A stretch of 64,000 bases of DNA from an uncultured Candidatus Binatia bacterium (GCA_965200965.1 OZ241744.1:2656001-2720000); one strand, 5' to 3'. Positions 37,318 through 47,072 are shown, numbered from the stretch's first letter. Translations and numbers: made by a program. The notes: generated from the letters alone by a model not told the origin.

Positions 37318-38745
37318 TCACAGCGGGACTTGGCGACGCGGCGCGCACACGTCAATACAGCCCGTCCCGGGCGTAGGAATGATCTTATGCGGGTTACATC
37401 GATTGTCGGGATTGAACACCGTGCGCAGCTCGCTCATACACAGCAGGTCTTCAGGGCTGAAGATCAGCGGCATCTGGGCTTGCTTCTCAACGCCAATCCC
37501 GTGCTCGCCGGTCAGGCTGCCACCAAGGTCAACGCAGGCTTTCAGAATCTCCCGGCCGGCCTGCACCACCCGCTTGGCCTCACCCGGATTGCGCTCGTCG
37601 TACATCAGAATGGGATGAATGTTGCCATCTCCGGCGTGAAAGACATTGGCAATGCGCAAATTGTATTTCTTGGCCACCGCGTCGATTGTGCGCAGGATAT
37701 CCGGCACCTTGGTGCGCGGCACGACTCCATCCTGGGTGCAGTAATTCGGGGCGAGGCGGCCCACCGCGCCAAACGCTCGCTTCCGGCTGGTCCACAGCGC
37801 CAGGCGCTCGGCATCGTCCTCGGCCACCCGGACTTCGCGAGCGCTGTTGTGCCGACAGATGTCCATGATCTTGCGCGTTTGGGGCTCAAGGCCGGCCTCC
37901 AAGCCGTCCAGTTCAATAATCAGCACCGCCCCTGCGTCGGTCGGAAACCCGAACTGAAAGGCGGCTTCAACGGCCTGAATAATAAGCCGGTCCATCATTT
38001 CCAGAGCCGCCGGCACAATACCGGTGGCAATAATGTCTGATACGGTCTGGGTTGCCTGGTGGACTGACTCAAACACGCCCAGAAAGGTACGGTAGGCCTG
38101 CGGTTGGCGGGTCAGGCGCAGGGTCGCCTCGGTCACCAGTCCGAAGGTCCCCTCAGCCCCGATCGTGATTCCGCGCAGATCATAGCCCGGCACGTCTTCA
38201 ACCGCCCCGCCGAGCGTGACCAACTCACCGTCCGGCAGCACCAGCTCAAGACCCAAGACATGGTTGGTCGTCACCCCATATTTCAGAGTATGGGGTCCGC
38301 CCGAGTTCTCGGCTACATTGCCGCCGATGGTGCAGGCCTGCTGGCTCGACGGGTCAGGCGCGTAGTGCAGGCCGTCTTTTTTGACCGCGTTACTGACCCA
38401 CAGGTTGACGACCCCGGCCTCGGCCACCACATAGCGGTTGGCCAAGTCAATGTGCTTGATCGTATTCATCCGGCTGGTACCGATCATGACCGGCGCTTCA
38501 ACCGGCAGGCAGCCGCCGCTCAGCCCGGTGCCGGCCCCACGCGGGACAAAGGCGATGTTCTCTTTGTGCAGGAATTTGACGACCGCGACTGTCTCGGCGG
38601 TCGAGCGGGGCAGCACGACCACCTCGGGAACCGACTTCTCCAGGGTGTAGCCGTCACATTCATAGGTGGCTAAGGCCCGCGAGTTGACCACCAGCCCGTC
38701 GGCTCCCACAATCTCGCCCAGACGCTCAACCGCACTCATATCCAT
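37318..38745 (-). CDS. glcD: Glycolate oxidase subunit GlcD
   Basis: PRGAGTGLSGG, YAPDPSSQ, NSGGPHTLKYG, HAGDGNIHP, GEHGIGVEK. Confidence 0.95.
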   Translation of the reverse strand: MDMSAVERLGEIVGADGLVVNSRALATYECDGYTLEKSVPEVVVLPRSTAETVAVVKFLHKENIAFVPRGAGTGLSGGCLPVEAPVMIGTSRMNTIKHIDLANRYVVAEAGVVNLWVSNAVKKDGLHYAPDPSSQQACTIGGNVAENSGGPHTLKYGVTTNHVLGLELVLPDGELVTLGGAVEDVPGYDLRGITIGAEGTFGLVTEATLRLTRQPQAYRTFLGVFESVHQATQTVSDIIATGIVPAALEMMDRLIIQAVEAAFQFGFPTDAGAVLIIELDGLEAGLEPQTRKIMDICRHNSAREVRVAEDDAERLALWTSRKRAFGAVGRLAPNYCTQDGVVPRTKVPDILRTIDAVAKKYNLRIANVFHAGDGNIHPILMYDERNPGEAKRVVQAGREILKACVDLGGSLTGEHGIGVEKQAQMPLIFSPEDLLCMSELRTVFNPDNRCNPHKIIPTPGTGCIDVCAPRRQVPL

Positions 38746-38836
38746 GACACGCTCCTTATGGACAGCTATATCCTGCCCGTATATCACGCCTGACGGGAGT
38801 TGACAAAAATACCCGGCTGCCGCTTATTACAATGCC

Positions 38837-39916
38837 ATGAAAAAGCGAGTTGCTGTTGTCGGGGCCACGGGTATTGCCGGGCAACAATTTCTGGTGGCTC
38901 TCGAAAATCATCCCTGGTTTGAGGTGGGTCTCGTAGCCGCCTCACAGCGCTCAGCCGGGAAAACCTACGCTGAGGCGATTCGGGACGCCAGGACGGGTGC
39001 CCAACAGTGGTGGTGTCAGGAAAAACCGCCACAAGCAATGCTGTCGCTGAGGGTGCATGAGGCGTCGTCAATCGACCTGAGCGGCATTGATCTGGTGTTC
39101 TCCGCGGTCGAGTCCGGCCCGGCACGGGAACTGGAGCCGCTGTACGCCGCCACCACCCCGGTCGTCAGCACCGCCTCCGCATTCCGCTATGAAGCCGATG
39201 TGCCGCTCCTGATTCCGGGCGTCAACCTGGATCACATCGGTCTGATCGACAGCCAGCAGAAAAACCGGGGCTGGCACGGCTATATTGCTACCCAGCCCAA
39301 CTGCACCACAATCGGCCTGGCGATTACGCTCAAGCCGCTGTTCGATGCCTTTGGCCTGCAAAAAGTCATTATGACTTCAATGCAGGGACTGTCCGGGGCA
39401 GGGCGCTCGCCCGGCGTTATCGGACTTGATGTTGTGGATAACGTCATCCCCTTTATCTCGGGCGAAGAGGAAAAGGTCGAAAAAGAAGCCCGGAAGATCA
39501 TGGGCAGCCTGTCGGCCGGTACGATCAGGCCGGCAGACTTTTCGGTCAGCGCGACCTGCACCCGGGTGGCCGTGCTTGAGGGACATACCGAATCGGTCCT
39601 GGCCGTGATGGACAAATCGTGCTCGGTTGACGATGCGCGGGCAGCCATGATCGCCTTTGGCCACGAGTTCGGGAAGCTGGGCCTGCCCTCAGCGCCCAGG
39701 CATATGATTATCGTCCACAACGACCCGTTCCGGCCCCAGCCCCGTTTAGACCGCGACGCCGAAGACGGCATGGCGACCTCGGCCGGCCGGTTTCGGGCTG
39801 ATAGCGCGCTGGATAACGGGGTCAAATACCTGCTCGTCAGCCACAATACCAAAATGGGCGCGGCCAAGGGGGCGGTGCTGATGGCCGAGTATTTCCATCA
39901 GCAGGGCTATGTCTGA
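38837..39916 (+). CDS. asd: Aspartate-semialdehyde dehydrogenase
   Basis: GATGIAGQ, PNCTT, QGLSGAG, EEEKV, CTRV..GH, HNTKMGAA. Confidence 0.95.
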   Translation: MKKRVAVVGATGIAGQQFLVALENHPWFEVGLVAASQRSAGKTYAEAIRDARTGAQQWWCQEKPPQAMLSLRVHEASSIDLSGIDLVFSAVESGPARELEPLYAATTPVVSTASAFRYEADVPLLIPGVNLDHIGLIDSQQKNRGWHGYIATQPNCTTIGLAITLKPLFDAFGLQKVIMTSMQGLSGAGRSPGVIGLDVVDNVIPFISGEEEKVEKEARKIMGSLSAGTIRPADFSVSATCTRVAVLEGHTESVLAVMDKSCSVDDARAAMIAFGHEFGKLGLPSAPRHMIIVHNDPFRPQPRLDRDAEDGMATSAGRFRADSALDNGVKYLLVSHNTKMGAAKGAVLMAEYFHQQGYV

Positions 39917-39987
39917 CCACGACTTCTCAGCATCACCATGAGCAGCCAGGGCCGGACACCCAGCACATCAGAATCACTTTTGCCCAC

Positions 39988-41391
39988 ATGCCGCCAACCT
40001 ACCAACCCGCAGACCTGCCCCCAAAGTCGGCCAGCTTCTGGCATCTGGCCGGACCCGGTGCCGTCCTGGTCGGCCTGTCTATTGGGGCCGGTGAATTGAT
40101 TGTCTGGCCCCGCAATACCGCCCAGTTTGGGGCCAGCATGACTTGGGCGGCGGTGCTGGGAGTGTTTGTTCAGCTCTGGATCAACTGTGAGGTCGGCCGC
40201 TATACGCTGGCCACCGGTGAGAGCATCTACGGTGGCTTTGCCCGCCTGTCCCGCCATTTTGCCTGGATCTTTCTGATGCTGAATGTGTGCAGCTGGATTT
40301 TGCCGGGCTGGGCGCGGGCGTGTGGCGGAGCGCTCAAAGTTCTGATTGTCGGCCCCCAGGGCTGGGGAGAGCCCTGGATGTGGACGACGATTACCTTTAT
40401 CGGGGTGGCGGGTGTCCTGTTTGGGCCAAAGCGGGTGTACGCTTCGCTGGAGCAGACGGTCAAGGTTCTGGTTGTGGTGATTACAGTTGGCCTGGTGGCG
40501 ATTACGCTTTCGGTCGGCGGGGCGGCAACCTGGAGAGAGCTGGGTCGGGGTATACTGAATATCCCGTATAAAGACCCCGACATGGCTGTGTACGCCTTAT
40601 TCTCCTCAATTGTTTTTGCCGGAGCGGGAGGAACGGCCAATCTGTTCTTTTCGTTTTATATCCGGGACAAGGGCTGGGGGATGGGCGCACTGGTGCCAAC
40701 GGCGTCCAACCCGCTGCGAGAGCACCAGGAGGCAAGGACTGAGCGGGCGTTTCAGGTCATGATCACTGGGCGCAATATGCAGCGCTGGCGGGCCTGGTTT
40801 CGGCATCTGCAACTTGACCAGGCACTCTTTTTCTGGCTGCTGAATACCTTCACCATCCTGCTGTTCATCTATGGAGCGCTGGCTGTTCTCCACCCCCGCG
40901 GTATCGTCCCCAATCAGGAGTTGCTGGTGTGGCAGGAGGCCGAAATCCTGGGCAGCTTATGGGGGTCGTTCGGCAAGCTGGTGTTTTTGCTGGTCGGCAC
41001 TGCATGTCTGTTCAGCACCCAACTCACGCTGATCGATGGGGTGGCCCGGTCGTGCGCGGATATTCTGCACACCAACTATGCCTGGGCGCAGAAAAAACCG
41101 CTCGGCTGGTGGTATGCCACCCTTGCCCTGGCCTGGATTGTGGCCGGTATTGTCCTGACCTATGTGTATGAAAGCCTGCCGCCCATCCTGTTCCTGCTGG
41201 GTTCGGCGTTTTTCGGTGGGATTGCTATGGCTATCTATACTCCGCTGGTCCTGGTCCTGAATCGGACCAAGCTGCCGGCCGAGTTGCGACCCGGCCCTGT
41301 GCGCTGCGCCATTCTGGGGGCAATCAGCCTTTTCTATATTGTGTTTGCGTTCGGTTCAGCCGCACTGCTGGTCCAACGCCTGTTCGTGTAG
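39988..41391 (+). CDS. Nramp-like (APC superfamily) transporter
   Basis: GPGAVLVGLSIGAGELIVWP, RYTLATGES, many TM segments. Confidence 0.8.
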   Translation: MPPTYQPADLPPKSASFWHLAGPGAVLVGLSIGAGELIVWPRNTAQFGASMTWAAVLGVFVQLWINCEVGRYTLATGESIYGGFARLSRHFAWIFLMLNVCSWILPGWARACGGALKVLIVGPQGWGEPWMWTTITFIGVAGVLFGPKRVYASLEQTVKVLVVVITVGLVAITLSVGGAATWRELGRGILNIPYKDPDMAVYALFSSIVFAGAGGTANLFFSFYIRDKGWGMGALVPTASNPLREHQEARTERAFQVMITGRNMQRWRAWFRHLQLDQALFFWLLNTFTILLFIYGALAVLHPRGIVPNQELLVWQEAEILGSLWGSFGKLVFLLVGTACLFSTQLTLIDGVARSCADILHTNYAWAQKKPLGWWYATLALAWIVAGIVLTYVYESLPPILFLLGSAFFGGIAMAIYTPLVLVLNRTKLPAELRPGPVRCAILGAISLFYIVFAFGSAALLVQRLFV

Positions 41392-41393
41392 CC

Positions 41394-41419
41394 CACAGAG
41401 GGCAGAACTGCCCTCTGTG
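41394..41419. terminator. Perfect hairpin between convergent genes (likely bidirectional terminator)
   Basis: CACAGAGGGCAG-AA-CTGCCCTCTGTG. Confidence 0.7.
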
Positions 41420-41434
41420 ATTGCGTTGGCCGAT

Positions 41435-41749
41435 TTAGACGCTGCCCGACAAGGTAAAAGCGATCACCAGGGCATAGATGGCCAACGCCTCGATAAAGGC
41501 GATACCGATAATCATCGGCGTCTGAATCCGGTCGGCCGAACTCGGGTTGCGGCCGATGGACTCCATCGCCGCGGCAACAGCCCGTCCCTGGCCTAAGCTT
41601 GCTCCAACCGCGGCAATGCCGATAGCCAGGCCGGCAGCCAGAGCGATCACGCCGCGTGACGAGTCGCCCCCCTCCGCGGCAAACGCCGCGCCGCTTGTGC
41701 TCAGTACTATGATCGCCGCCAAAACACCAATACGCCAGACTCTCTTCAT
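41435..41749 (-). CDS. atpE: ATP synthase F0 subunit c
   Basis: [20 protein letters not shown]; N-terminal leader extension. Confidence 0.97.
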   Translation of the reverse strand: MKRVWRIGVLAAIIVLSTSGAAFAAEGGDSSRGVIALAAGLAIGIAAVGASLGQGRAVAAAMESIGRNPSSADRIQTPMIIGIAFIEALAIYALVIAFTLSGSV

Positions 41750-41890
41750 ACCTCTACTCCTTTCTCGCCCCCCGAAACGGCAGAGACTTGGGCACGCCTC
41801 TCTATCCTCCCCGCCCGTCCTCGCCCCTCTGTCGTCAGGATAGCTGTTTCTCGTCCTGTTTTTTCCTCATTCGCCCTGAAAAGGGTATCA

Positions 41891-42604
41891 TCACGTTTCA
41901 CTTTGGTGGTGATCGTCGTGGGCTACGGCCAGGGAGACATACACCAGACTGAGCAGGGTGAACACAAATGCCTGGACCAGGGAGACAAACGCCCCAAGCG
42001 CATAGAACACCACCGGGATGCCGACCTTGGTTAGATCGGTAAAGATCTCCAGAACAATATGATCGCCGGTCATATTCCCGAACAGGCGCAGTCCCAGGGA
42101 AAAGGGCCGGACAAAGTTGTCTATCAACTCCAGCGGAACCATCAAAAACCCGAGCCACCAGATCGGCCCGACAAAGTGCTTCAGATAGGCGAGGCCCTGT
42201 TCTCGGAAGGCGAAAAAGTTGTAGGCTGCAAACGACAGGACGCCAAGGGCGAAGGCGACATTAAAATTGCTCGTCGGCGGAAGAAAGCCCGGTACGAGGC
42301 CGGTCAGGTTGGCGCAGAGAATGAAGAGGAAAAGACTGCCGTAGAGGTGGACATAGCGACGGGCCTGGTGTCTCAGAATGCCCTCTGCCATGCCCGAGAC
42401 GCCTTCAACCAGTAGCTCAGCCATGTTGCGCAGGCTGAGCGAATCGTCTGGGATGTTCGGGTCAGGGACAGCATCCATCTGTCGCTTGGCCCGGTAGGCC
42501 AGGAAAATAAGCAGACCGGTGACGAGAAGAGAGGTGGCAATATGTCCCGGCAGAAAATTCAAGCCGGGAATCGCAGAAACCCAGGTAAAGGGGTGATGGT
42601 CCAT
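41891..42604 (-). CDS. atpB: ATP synthase F0 subunit a
   Basis: PPTSN, RPFSLGLRLFGNM, VQAFVFTLLSLVY. Confidence 0.97.
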   Translation of the reverse strand: MDHHPFTWVSAIPGLNFLPGHIATSLLVTGLLIFLAYRAKRQMDAVPDPNIPDDSLSLRNMAELLVEGVSGMAEGILRHQARRYVHLYGSLFLFILCANLTGLVPGFLPPTSNFNVAFALGVLSFAAYNFFAFREQGLAYLKHFVGPIWWLGFLMVPLELIDNFVRPFSLGLRLFGNMTGDHIVLEIFTDLTKVGIPVVFYALGAFVSLVQAFVFTLLSLVYVSLAVAHDDHHQSET

Positions 42605-42613
42605 GTCACTCGC

Positions 42614-43033
42614 CTATGAGCACACCGTCTTGGATTCTGGTTCGGACAAGCCAACTATCACGCAGGCCAACAGCAGTAAAGACACCCCGACGGTGAAGCT
42701 CTGCCCATGCACCGGGTAGCGCAGCAGGAGGGTGCTTAATAAAACCAGAAAAAACACGCTCTTGGCCACAAACCACAGGGCGGCGCGAGATTTTCCGGCC
42801 CAGCCCTTGGGAGAAGAGGAAAGTGCGCTACGGACCAGTTTTTTGAGCAGCCAGAAATTGCCCTGCATGACGACCCCGCCCAGAATGAGGCTGAAAATAT
42901 GTCCATATCCGGCCAGCCAGCCAAGCCCGGCACAGAGGCCGACGAGGAGAAGGTTCAGCCACTCAATTTTTTCTATGGTGGTGTGGTTGGGCCGCAAAAG
43001 TGGAACCCGGTAGCCTTTTGACGAAGACATCAC
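42614..43033 (-). CDS. atpI: ATP synthase protein I
   Basis: 4-TM protein directly upstream of atpB; GG..NF.LL motif. Confidence 0.8.
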   Translation of the reverse strand: MMSSSKGYRVPLLRPNHTTIEKIEWLNLLLVGLCAGLGWLAGYGHIFSLILGGVVMQGNFWLLKKLVRSALSSSPKGWAGKSRAALWFVAKSVFFLVLLSTLLLRYPVHGQSFTVGVSLLLLACVIVGLSEPESKTVCS

Positions 43034-43452
43034 GTTTCACTGTCTATGCCGGGACAGATGTTGGAGGACAAGAATCAGACGACACAGCGCCCCTGCCATG
43101 CCGCCGACCGCGCCAAGCACGAGCAGGAAGGGGGCTGTTCCAAATAGGCTATCGAGGTAACGCCCGAGAAAGATTCCGGATCCGGCCAGCCAGCCAAGCC
43201 CGGCACAGAGGCCGACGAGGAGAAGGTTCAGCCACTCAATTTTTTCTATGGTGGTGTGGTTGGGCCGCAAAAGTGGAACCCGGTAGCCTTTTGACGAAGA
43301 CATCACGTTTCACTGTCTATGCCGGGACAGATGTTGGAGGACAAGAATCAGACGACACAGCGCCCCTGCCATGCCGCCGACCGCGCCAAGCACGAGCAGG
43401 AAGGGGGCTGTTCCAAATAGGCTATCGAGGTAACGCCCGAGAAAGATTCCGG
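42907..43452. repeat. Exact 273-bp tandem duplication (42907-43179 / 43180-43452)
   Basis: Two copies identical on visual comparison, spanning the atpZ 3' part and atpI 5' part. Confidence 0.95.
43037..43306 (-). CDS. Chimeric AtpI(N)-AtpZ(C) ORF created by the duplication
   Basis: MMSSSK...GWLAG from atpI joined to GIFLGRYLD...HRQ from atpZ. Confidence 0.6.
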   Translation of the reverse strand: MMSSSKGYRVPLLRPNHTTIEKIEWLNLLLVGLCAGLGWLAGSGIFLGRYLDSLFGTAPFLLVLGAVGGMAGALCRLILVLQHLSRHRQ

Positions 43453-43528
43453 CCAGGACCGCTCCGGCAAACTCAATGCCCAGAGCGCCATATCTGCCGT
43501 AGACGAGGAGGGTGGGAGAGTGAGGCAT
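43310..43528 (-). CDS. atpZ: AtpZ/AtpI (ATPase gene 1) family protein
   Basis: LGIEF...G.FLGRYLD..FGTAP 2-TM signature. Confidence 0.85.
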   Translation of the reverse strand: MPHSPTLLVYGRYGALGIEFAGAVLAGIFLGRYLDSLFGTAPFLLVLGAVGGMAGALCRLILVLQHLSRHRQ

Positions 43529-43540
43529 GCCGATATGAGT

Positions 43541-43622
43541 GAGTTATCCACACTTGTGAATGACTCGATAAGTTACTATATCATAATAAGTTTTTCGACA
43601 GTTTCCACAAGGTTTTCCACAT
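43541..43622 (-). promoter_or_regulatory. DnaA-box promoter module upstream of atpZIBE
   Basis: TTATCCACA 43544-43552 with inverted partner, TTTTCCACA 43613-43621, TATGAT -10-like on the minus strand; 60/82 ungapped identity to 45221-45302. Confidence 0.75.
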
Positions 43623-43638
43623 ACCTGAGACCCGAGCT

Positions 43639-44925
43639 TCAGGTCGGCCCGAGTTGTCGCATGACTTCTGTAGCGGCGGAGACTGTTTCGTCAATCTCGG
43701 CCTCGCCGTGGGCTAAGGAGACAAAGGCGGCCTCGAACTGGGAGGGCGGGAGATAGATGCCGCGCTCGATCATGCCGTGAAAATAACGGGCAAACAACGC
43801 GGTGTCACAGCCGACAGCGCTGGTATAATTGCGGACCTGATCGACGCCGAAGAAAACGGTGATCATTGAGCCGAACTGATTGACACAAGCCTGAACGCTG
43901 GTGTCCTGAATGGCCTTTCGCAATCCCTCTGCCAAGCGAGCGCTCGTTTCATTTAAGCGTGCATACGCGCCCGAGGTGTTCATGATCTTGAGCGTTTCAA
44001 TGCCGGCTGTGACCGCTAAGGGATTGCCCGACAGGGTTCCGGCTTGGTAGACTGGGCCGAGCGGGGCAAGACAACCCATAATGTCCCGTTTACCGCCAAC
44101 CGCCGCCAACGGCAGTCCGCCGCCGATAACTTTGCCAAAACAACTCAGGTCCGGGTCAATACTGTACAATTCCTGAGCCCCGCCCCGCGCCAGGCGAAAG
44201 CCGCTCATAACCTCGTCAAAGATAAGGACTATTCCGGCCTCTCTGGTCAGGTTGCGCAATTCGGTTAAAAAACCTGGGGCGGGCAGGACAAGGCCCATAT
44301 TGCCGGGAACGGGTTCGATAATGACGCCGGCAATCGTGTTGGGATTGGCGCTGATGTACGCCTCCACGCTGGCCAGATTATTGTACTCGGCAATCAGGGT
44401 TTGACTGGCGAAGGCTTCGGGCACACCTTTGCTATCGGGCTGACTCAAGGTCAGTGCTCCCGATCCAGCTCGGACCAGCAGGGCGTCGGTATGGCCGTGG
44501 TAGCAGCCGGCGAACTTGATAATTTTAGTCCGGTCCGTGTAGCCCCTGGCAATCCGCAGTGCGGTCATGGTCGCTTCGGTTCCAGACGAGGTAAGGCGGA
44601 CCTTGTCAACTGAGGGAACGGCATCAACGACCATCCGGGCCAACTCAATCTCTCTGGCGGTTGGCGCGCCAAAACTTGTCCCACATTTGACCATGCTCTC
44701 AAGGGCGCGCACGACCTGCGGATGGGCATGGCCGGCAATCAGGGGCCCCCACGACCCAACATAGTCAATATACTCTTTGCCATCCGCATCAACCACCCGG
44801 CAGCCATGACCACGCTGGATGAAGGGCGGAGTGCCGTCTACTGCCCGCCAGGCGCGCACCGGACTATTGACTCCGCCGGGTATAATTTCCTGGGCTTGGC
44901 GAAAAAGCTTATCTGACGTGGACAT
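43639..44925 (-). CDS. hemL: Glutamate-1-semialdehyde 2,1-aminomutase
   Basis: PGGVNSPVRA, SGTEATM, FDEVMSGFR, GKVIGGGLP, YQAGTLSGNP, PSQFEA. Confidence 0.98.
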   Translation of the reverse strand: MSTSDKLFRQAQEIIPGGVNSPVRAWRAVDGTPPFIQRGHGCRVVDADGKEYIDYVGSWGPLIAGHAHPQVVRALESMVKCGTSFGAPTAREIELARMVVDAVPSVDKVRLTSSGTEATMTALRIARGYTDRTKIIKFAGCYHGHTDALLVRAGSGALTLSQPDSKGVPEAFASQTLIAEYNNLASVEAYISANPNTIAGVIIEPVPGNMGLVLPAPGFLTELRNLTREAGIVLIFDEVMSGFRLARGGAQELYSIDPDLSCFGKVIGGGLPLAAVGGKRDIMGCLAPLGPVYQAGTLSGNPLAVTAGIETLKIMNTSGAYARLNETSARLAEGLRKAIQDTSVQACVNQFGSMITVFFGVDQVRNYTSAVGCDTALFARYFHGMIERGIYLPPSQFEAAFVSLAHGEAEIDETVSAATEVMRQLGPT

Positions 44926-45220
44926 AGCTCGTTTTCTGACCTCACGATTGGTTACTCTGTACTCTAGCACTGGGCGTATGGAACGTCAAGGTAAAAAACA
45001 TTGTGCAGCAAAATTAGCAACTTCTCGCACGCTGCAACTGTTTCGCTTGCATTGCTCATCAAAAATGTCTAAACACCCTAACACAACACCAAACGCATTC
45101 TCTTTTTCAGAACAGATAACAGCGATGCTGTAGAAGATGGTCTTCTCCTTTCTTTTTCACTCTCATGGCTTGATCGGCCAGGTTTCGCTGGGAGGGAGAG
45201 AAAGAAGGCAGGGGAAGAGT

Positions 45221-45302
45221 ATGTGGAAAAGTCTGTGAAATTTGGGGAGAAATCCTTTATGACATAGAGGGTTGACGAGTTATTCACAGGTGTGGATAAC
45301 TC
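45221..45302 (+). promoter_or_regulatory. dnaA promoter region with DnaA boxes
   Basis: TGTGGAAAA 45222-45230, TTATTCACA 45280-45288, TGTGGATAA 45291-45299. Confidence 0.85.
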
Positions 45303-45330
45303 GCCGATCAACCCGGTACGAGTACAGGGT

Positions 45331-46740
45331 ATGGAGCGGGTGTGGGAAAACGTATTGGATGTTGCTGAAGAAAAGATTGGGAAGACCAACATCGAGACTT
45401 GGCTGAAGCCAACTCGTCCGATTGGACTACGAGGGGACACGTTTCATCTGGAAGTTCCGAGTCCGCTGTTCCGTGAGTGGCTCCTCAACAATCTTCTTGA
45501 ACCGCTTGAAGCTTCGCTTGCCTCTGTCCTTGGCCAGACGGCGCAGGTAGCGATTCACGTCAACAGCAGCCAGCAGGGTGAGTTGTTTCCTGCCGATGCG
45601 TCGTCGGTCCAACTCCAAGATGCGGGCACCAAGCGCACCCCTGAGCCGGCTTCCGCATTGATCCCACGGGCAACCAGAAGCAAAGCGCGTCCGACCAAGA
45701 AAAACGGTCTGTTGCAGAACTTGACCTTTTCAAGCTTTGTGGTCGGAGGCGGCAATCAGTTTGCCCATGCTGCAGCCCGGGCAGTAGCCGATCATCCCGG
45801 CAATCACTACAACCCGCTGTTTATCTATGGCGGGGTGGGGCTGGGCAAGACGCACTTGATAAATGCCATTGGGCATGAGAGCCTGGTCAAACAGGGCAAG
45901 AGCAGCGTGTTTTATTTGTCCTCCGAGTCTTTTACTAATGAATTGATTTCTTACATCCGTCGAGACCGGATGGATGACTTCAAAACAAAGTTTCGCCAAG
46001 CGGATGTGCTGATTGTCGACGATGTTCAGTTTCTGTCTGGTCGAGAGCGGACCCAAGAAGAATTTTTTCACACATTCAATACCTTATACGAGGCTCACAA
46101 ACAAATCGTGCTCACCTCCGACAAGTTTCCAAACGAAATTCAGGGCTTGGAAGAGCGGCTACGCAACCGGTTTGAGTCGGGTCTGATTACCGATATTCAG
46201 CCGCCTGATCTGGAAACGCGGGTAGCGATTTTGCAAAAAAAGGCCCAGGCCAGGAAGATCCAGATTTCGTCTGAGGTTGCGCTGTTCATTGCCTCAAACG
46301 TCACCGCCAATGTCCGTGAACTGGAAGGCGGGTTGACTCGGCTTGACGCCCTGTCAAACATGAATGAGACGCCTATTACGGTCGATTTTGCCCGCCAGGT
46401 TTTGCATAATCTCGTCAAGGAGAAGGGCCCGAAGGTGACGATCGAAATGGTCCAGCAGGCCAGCGCCAAATACTTTGGCGTGCGGGTGAGTGATCTGGTC
46501 TCCAAAAAACGGACCAAACCGGTGACTTTTCCGCGTCAGGTGTCCATGTACTTGTGCCGCAAGCTGGCCAATACCTCCTACCCGACGATCGGCATTCGGT
46601 TTGGTGGCAAAGATCACACCACTGCCTTGTATGCTTGCAATAGGATAGAAAAACGCCTCAAAAATGACGAAGAGTTGCGCTCTGTCCTGGACCGGATTGA
46701 AAGCACGATCTACAGCCAACAGATCAAGGACCAGCCCTGA
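45331..46740 (+). CDS. dnaA: Chromosomal replication initiator DnaA
   Basis: YNPLFIYGGVGLGKTHL, DDVQFL, QEEFFHTFN, NVRELEG, FGGKDHTT. Confidence 0.99.
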   Translation: MERVWENVLDVAEEKIGKTNIETWLKPTRPIGLRGDTFHLEVPSPLFREWLLNNLLEPLEASLASVLGQTAQVAIHVNSSQQGELFPADASSVQLQDAGTKRTPEPASALIPRATRSKARPTKKNGLLQNLTFSSFVVGGGNQFAHAAARAVADHPGNHYNPLFIYGGVGLGKTHLINAIGHESLVKQGKSSVFYLSSESFTNELISYIRRDRMDDFKTKFRQADVLIVDDVQFLSGRERTQEEFFHTFNTLYEAHKQIVLTSDKFPNEIQGLEERLRNRFESGLITDIQPPDLETRVAILQKKAQARKIQISSEVALFIASNVTANVRELEGGLTRLDALSNMNETPITVDFARQVLHNLVKEKGPKVTIEMVQQASAKYFGVRVSDLVSKKRTKPVTFPRQVSMYLCRKLANTSYPTIGIRFGGKDHTTALYACNRIEKRLKNDEELRSVLDRIESTIYSQQIKDQP

Positions 46741-46774
46741 TGTACCGCTTGGTCACCGCTCTAAGCCCCACGGA

Positions 46775-47030
46775 CCTGTGGATAACCTGTGGATAACCTG
46801 TGGATAACCTGTGGATAACCTGTGGATAACCTGTGGATAACCTGTGGATAACCTGTGGATAACCTGTGGATAACTTTGAGGGGGGTGTGGATAACTTTGA
46901 GGGGGGTGTGGATAAGTGGCCGAGTTATCCACAGGGGGTGTGAATAACTTCTCTTTTAAAATCAATTACTTAAGTGAGTTATCCACATATTCACACCCCC
47001 CTGCTACTACTCTTATATATTATATAAAGA
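46775..47030. other. Replication origin oriC: DnaA-box array, DnaA-trios and AT-rich unwinding element
   Basis: 13 perfect TTATCCACA boxes (9 as CCTGTGGATAA x9 at 46775-46873), TGTGAATAA 46939-46947, CTACTAC trios, TATATATTATATAAA; between dnaA and dnaN. Confidence 0.95.
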
Positions 47031-47072
47031 AGATGAGAAATGACGTAAATCCAGAACAAAGAGGAATCCGGT

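Noticed and set aside
46753-46965. 70-aa ORF with YPQVIHRLSTG repeats, or a CRISPR-like array
   Set aside because: It is just the translation of the tandem DnaA boxes in oriC
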